Source: Marsupella aquatica (taxonomy: Eukaryota > Plantae > Marchantiophyta). From it: a DNA stretch of 64,000 bases. The position numbers were made by a program, and so were the translations under genes. Where the stretch lies: positions 25,716,698-25,780,697 of the forward strand of contig OZ316893.1 in the NCBI GenBank assembly GCA_973895155.1, read 5' to 3'. Below are positions 60,519 to 64,000 of the stretch, piece by piece (the stretch's first letter is position 1; each line of letters starts with the position of its first letter). The notes under the pieces are model-generated. The model saw nothing but the letters and a program-made list of their open reading frames with translations. It was not told the DNA's origin and ran no database searches.

Positions 60519-63440
60519 TGTTGACTATCAAAAATCTTAGGAGACACGTGCAATCCAAAATAGTTATTCTTGATAGAAATTAAGTAATAATAAATAAAAG
60601 TAGGAGCCTAAGTGCCGTAACCTTTGAGTCACAAGACTAAGAGCAATCCTTAACAAACTCCCCCTTGACTCTAGTCTTGGGGACTGCAATTTCTGCTATC
60701 CATATGAGATACTCAGCGGGAAATTCTAGACAATCACCTAAAACCATAGATGTCCCCCTAAAAACTATTTAAAGTTAACTAAGAGTTAACTAGAATTAAG
60801 CCGTAGCCATAACAGGATTGAGTAACTCATATACAGAAATCACATCTTGTTAAGTTACTCTACTTGTGCTGCAAATGCAAAACCTGCAAAGTAGCACGGT
60901 GTCTTGAGTAACTCTCCAAAGGAATCACTTTGGTAAAAGCATCAGTCGGGTTGAGTTTTCCATCAATCTTGACTAGCTCAAACATTTTATCAGACACTGC
61001 TTGCCTAATAAAATGGTACCTGATGTCAATGTGCTTCACCCTGCTATCCATCACCTGGTTAATAGCTAGGTGAAGCACACTCTGGCTGTCACAATGAAGA
61101 GCCATTTTTCCATGCTCCAATCCCATCTCAGTGACCAGCTTATCCAACCAAATTGCTTCCTTTGCTGCTTCTGCTGCTGCAGCATATTCTGCTTCTGTAG
61201 TAGACTAAGATACACACTTCTGCAAGGTAGATCTCCAACTTATGCATCCTCCTCCAAGAGTAAACACATACCCAGTCGTTGACCTCCTTGTTTCCAGACA
61301 GCATCCGTAGTCAGAATCTACATAGCCAACCAAAGATTTGGTTTTGTTTGATTTACTATCAAACAACAGACCATAGTCTATTGTGCCCTTAAGATACTTG
61401 AGAATCCATTTCACAGCCTCCCAATGTACCTTCCCTGGATTTGACATGAATCTACTCACTTTGCCCATTGCTAGGGCTAGATCAGGCCTGGTACATGTCA
61501 TCAAATACATTAGACTGCCCATTGTATTCTCATAAGGAACCTTAGTCATCAAGCCTCTCTCCACTGGATCCGTGGGGCAGAAAGCCGATGATAACTTGAA
61601 ATATGGAGCCAAAGGAATACTTACTGGCTTACAATTTTCCATGTTGAATCTTGCAAGTACCTTTTCAGCATACTTGCCTTGATTCAGCCACAATTGTCCA
61701 GTTTCAAAGTTCCTCGTAATCTCCATACCTAAGATCCTCTTGGCTTTCCCAAGATCCTTCATTCAGAATTCAGAACTCAATTTTGCTTTGAGTTTGTCAA
61801 CCTCAGTTTGATCCTTAGCCGCAATCAACATGTCATCCACATAGAGCACCAGAATGAGCAAACCAAACACACCATTCTTGACTGATTTCGTATACACACA
61901 AGGGTCATACACCATCCTAGTGAATCCTTGTGCAAGCATGAAATCATCAAACCGCTTGTTCCATTATCAAGGAGCTTGCTTCAATCCATACAAGGACTTA
62001 AGTAACCTGCAAATTAAACTCTCTTGGCCCTTCTTCACAAAGCCCAGTGGTTGCCTCATGAAAATTTGTTCTTCCAAGGTGCCATAGAGAAAAGCAGTAA
62101 CAACATCCATTTGATCTAACACCAGATCAAAAAACACAACAAGTTGACACAAAATTCGTATCATGGAATACTTGGCAACTGGAGAGAAGACCTCATTGTA
62201 ATCCACTCCCTTCTCTTGAGTGAATCCCTTGGCAACAAGCCTTGCCTTGTATATCTTGTCTCCTCCATCTGAAGAGTTGTCCTTCAGTTTGTAAATCCAC
62301 TTGCTATCCACCACTTGTTGATCACTTGGCAGTTGCACCAGCTCCCATGTTCTGTTATCACTTAAAGATTGCAACTCCCTCTGCATCGCTGCATTCCATT
62401 CATCTTTCTCGTCTGAAATGCACGCCTCATGATAAGAAGAAGGTTCTCCTTCTTCCAAGATCAGTGCTCTGTCATCATCTTCAGGTGCAATGTCAACATC
62501 ATCTAACCTTGATGAATCTGTCCATTGTCCATACCTTGTAGGAGCTTGAGTAGTACGTCTTGATTTTCTAGCTGATGATTCTGGTTGATCTTGTTCTGTT
62601 GGTTGAATTTGAGGTATTCCAACAACAACTTGCTCCTCTTGTTCCAATACCGGAACCAGCTCTATTCTTGGAGCACCTCCTTCATTTATGTCATGAAAAC
62701 TCTCATGACCAATCTCCCCCACAACATGGTCCAGGATAGAAGATTTACCTTTGTCAATACGGGAAGCCTTAGCATTCTCCCCCTCCTTTGATGATCTGGA
62801 TTCATTAAAGGATACATCTCTATTAACAAGCAACGTACAAGCTTCTGGATCCCATAGCCTATAACCTTTCACACCTGGTTGATAACCAAGAAAAAGACAC
62901 TTCTTGGAAGTAGAATCTAGTTTAGATCGATTCTGCTTATGTGTGAGAGCATATGCATCACTTCCAAAGACTCTCAAAACTTGATAGTCTGCGTGCCGTC
63001 CATACCTCATTTCAAACGGCGTCTTGAAATTGATTGCACTTGAAGGAGAAAGATTTACCAAATAAGCTGTCGTATTTATAGCTTCAGCCCAAAATTCATG
63101 CGGTAAACTTGATTGACTCAACATACTCCTCGATCGCTCCAATAATGTTTGGTTTAGCCGTTCACAAACACCATTCTGTTGAGGAGTATGAACTATCGTG
63201 AGATGACGAGTAATCCCTTGCTCTGCACAATATAGTTCAAATTCACTTGAACTGTACTCCCCACCGTTATCTGATCGCAAATATCTCACCTTGGATCTAG
63301 TCTGATTCTCAATTTGGGCTTTCCACTTCTTAAAAGTGCCAAAAACTTCAGACTTGGCGTGTAGAAATGTGATCCACACATACCGTGAGTAATCATCAAT
63401 GAACGTGACATAGTACAATTTTCCAGAAAGTGAGGGAGTT
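60519..63440 (-). mobile_element. 5'-truncated or interrupted Ty1/copia element (INT-RT-RH + 3' LTR), same lineage as element 2
   Basis: YYVTFIDDYSR, RSDNGGEY, YKARLVAKGF, YGLKQAP, YVDSDY, KHIDIRYHFIR. PPT at ~60658-60667 next to ...taaca (60655). Putative LTR start tgttg at 60519 is uncertain. Homology stops abruptly at ~63440. Confidence 0.92.
60860..63418 (-). pseudogene. Copia pol (integrase, RT, RNase H), with stops
   Basis: ORFs 61967..63418, 61205..61762 and 60860..61147. Confidence 0.93.
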
Positions 63441-64000
63441 GACCGGCGTAATAAAGGTCTTCCCTAACGGACTCCTTCTCGCAAGTTGCAGGTTAGCAAG
63501 AGCGATTTGAACTTGATCTATGCTTGTACAGCGAAAAACACATTGATGATAGAGACACAAGCGGCAGAAATCACAAATGAAGATTACGCTTCTGCCCTAT
63601 CCCTTGCGCATTCTGAGGTATTCTCGACCCTGAAGAGCACTTATTTGGGTCCATAGCTGCATACGGTTAGTCTCCAATGATTCCTCCTGCGGGAGGAAAG
63701 AGAATCATTGGCAGGCAAAAGTAAGGTTCAGCAACATTTACAGCATCAAAATCTATCTGTTTATGCAGGCAATAAAGCTTATTGACCCGCAGCTTCGGCT
63801 GGCAGCCAAGGTGAGAAATCAGAAGCGGGATGTCCAGTTGCTGACCATCCCAGAGTCTGTTTTGGAAAAAATTCGGAGGATAGCAACTGATCCAATTCAA
63901 GCTGTGATGGGGAATCCTCTATATGGCAAGGTGGGTTTTCGACACTATTGGATTATCTGGTCTTGTTCTGGCTGTCCGGAGAAGGTATCGTAATTCTACC

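Overview
Eukaryotic (land-plant) nuclear DNA, most likely from a bryophyte such as a liverwort; this is inferred from the cox2 fragment's features and the gene style. The window holds two complete but mutated minus-strand Ty1/copia LTR retrotransposons with target-site duplications (TSDs): a Bianca-like element at 9729-16649 and a Tnt1/Tork-like element at 17142-23185. A third, 5'-truncated copia lies at about 60519-63440. The central gene island contains a 4-exon mTERF9-like gene, CFAP20/BUG22, an F-box/kelch pseudogene, a divergent SKP1 and a CXE/GID1-like carboxylesterase. There is also a mitochondrial cox2 NUMT and many small tandem, inverted and dispersed repeats. The most notable unannotated signal is a decayed minus-strand stretch at about 48.8-51.5 kb. 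Read by hand, it shows in colinear order motifs resembling a bunyavirus-type L protein: PD-(E)xK endonuclease, the 'LRY' region, and RdRp motifs F, A, B and C. A second, apparently related remnant at 1-2.3 kb is interrupted by an intact orphan ORF. These are candidate endogenous negative-strand RNA virus elements and remain inference until tested by a profile search.
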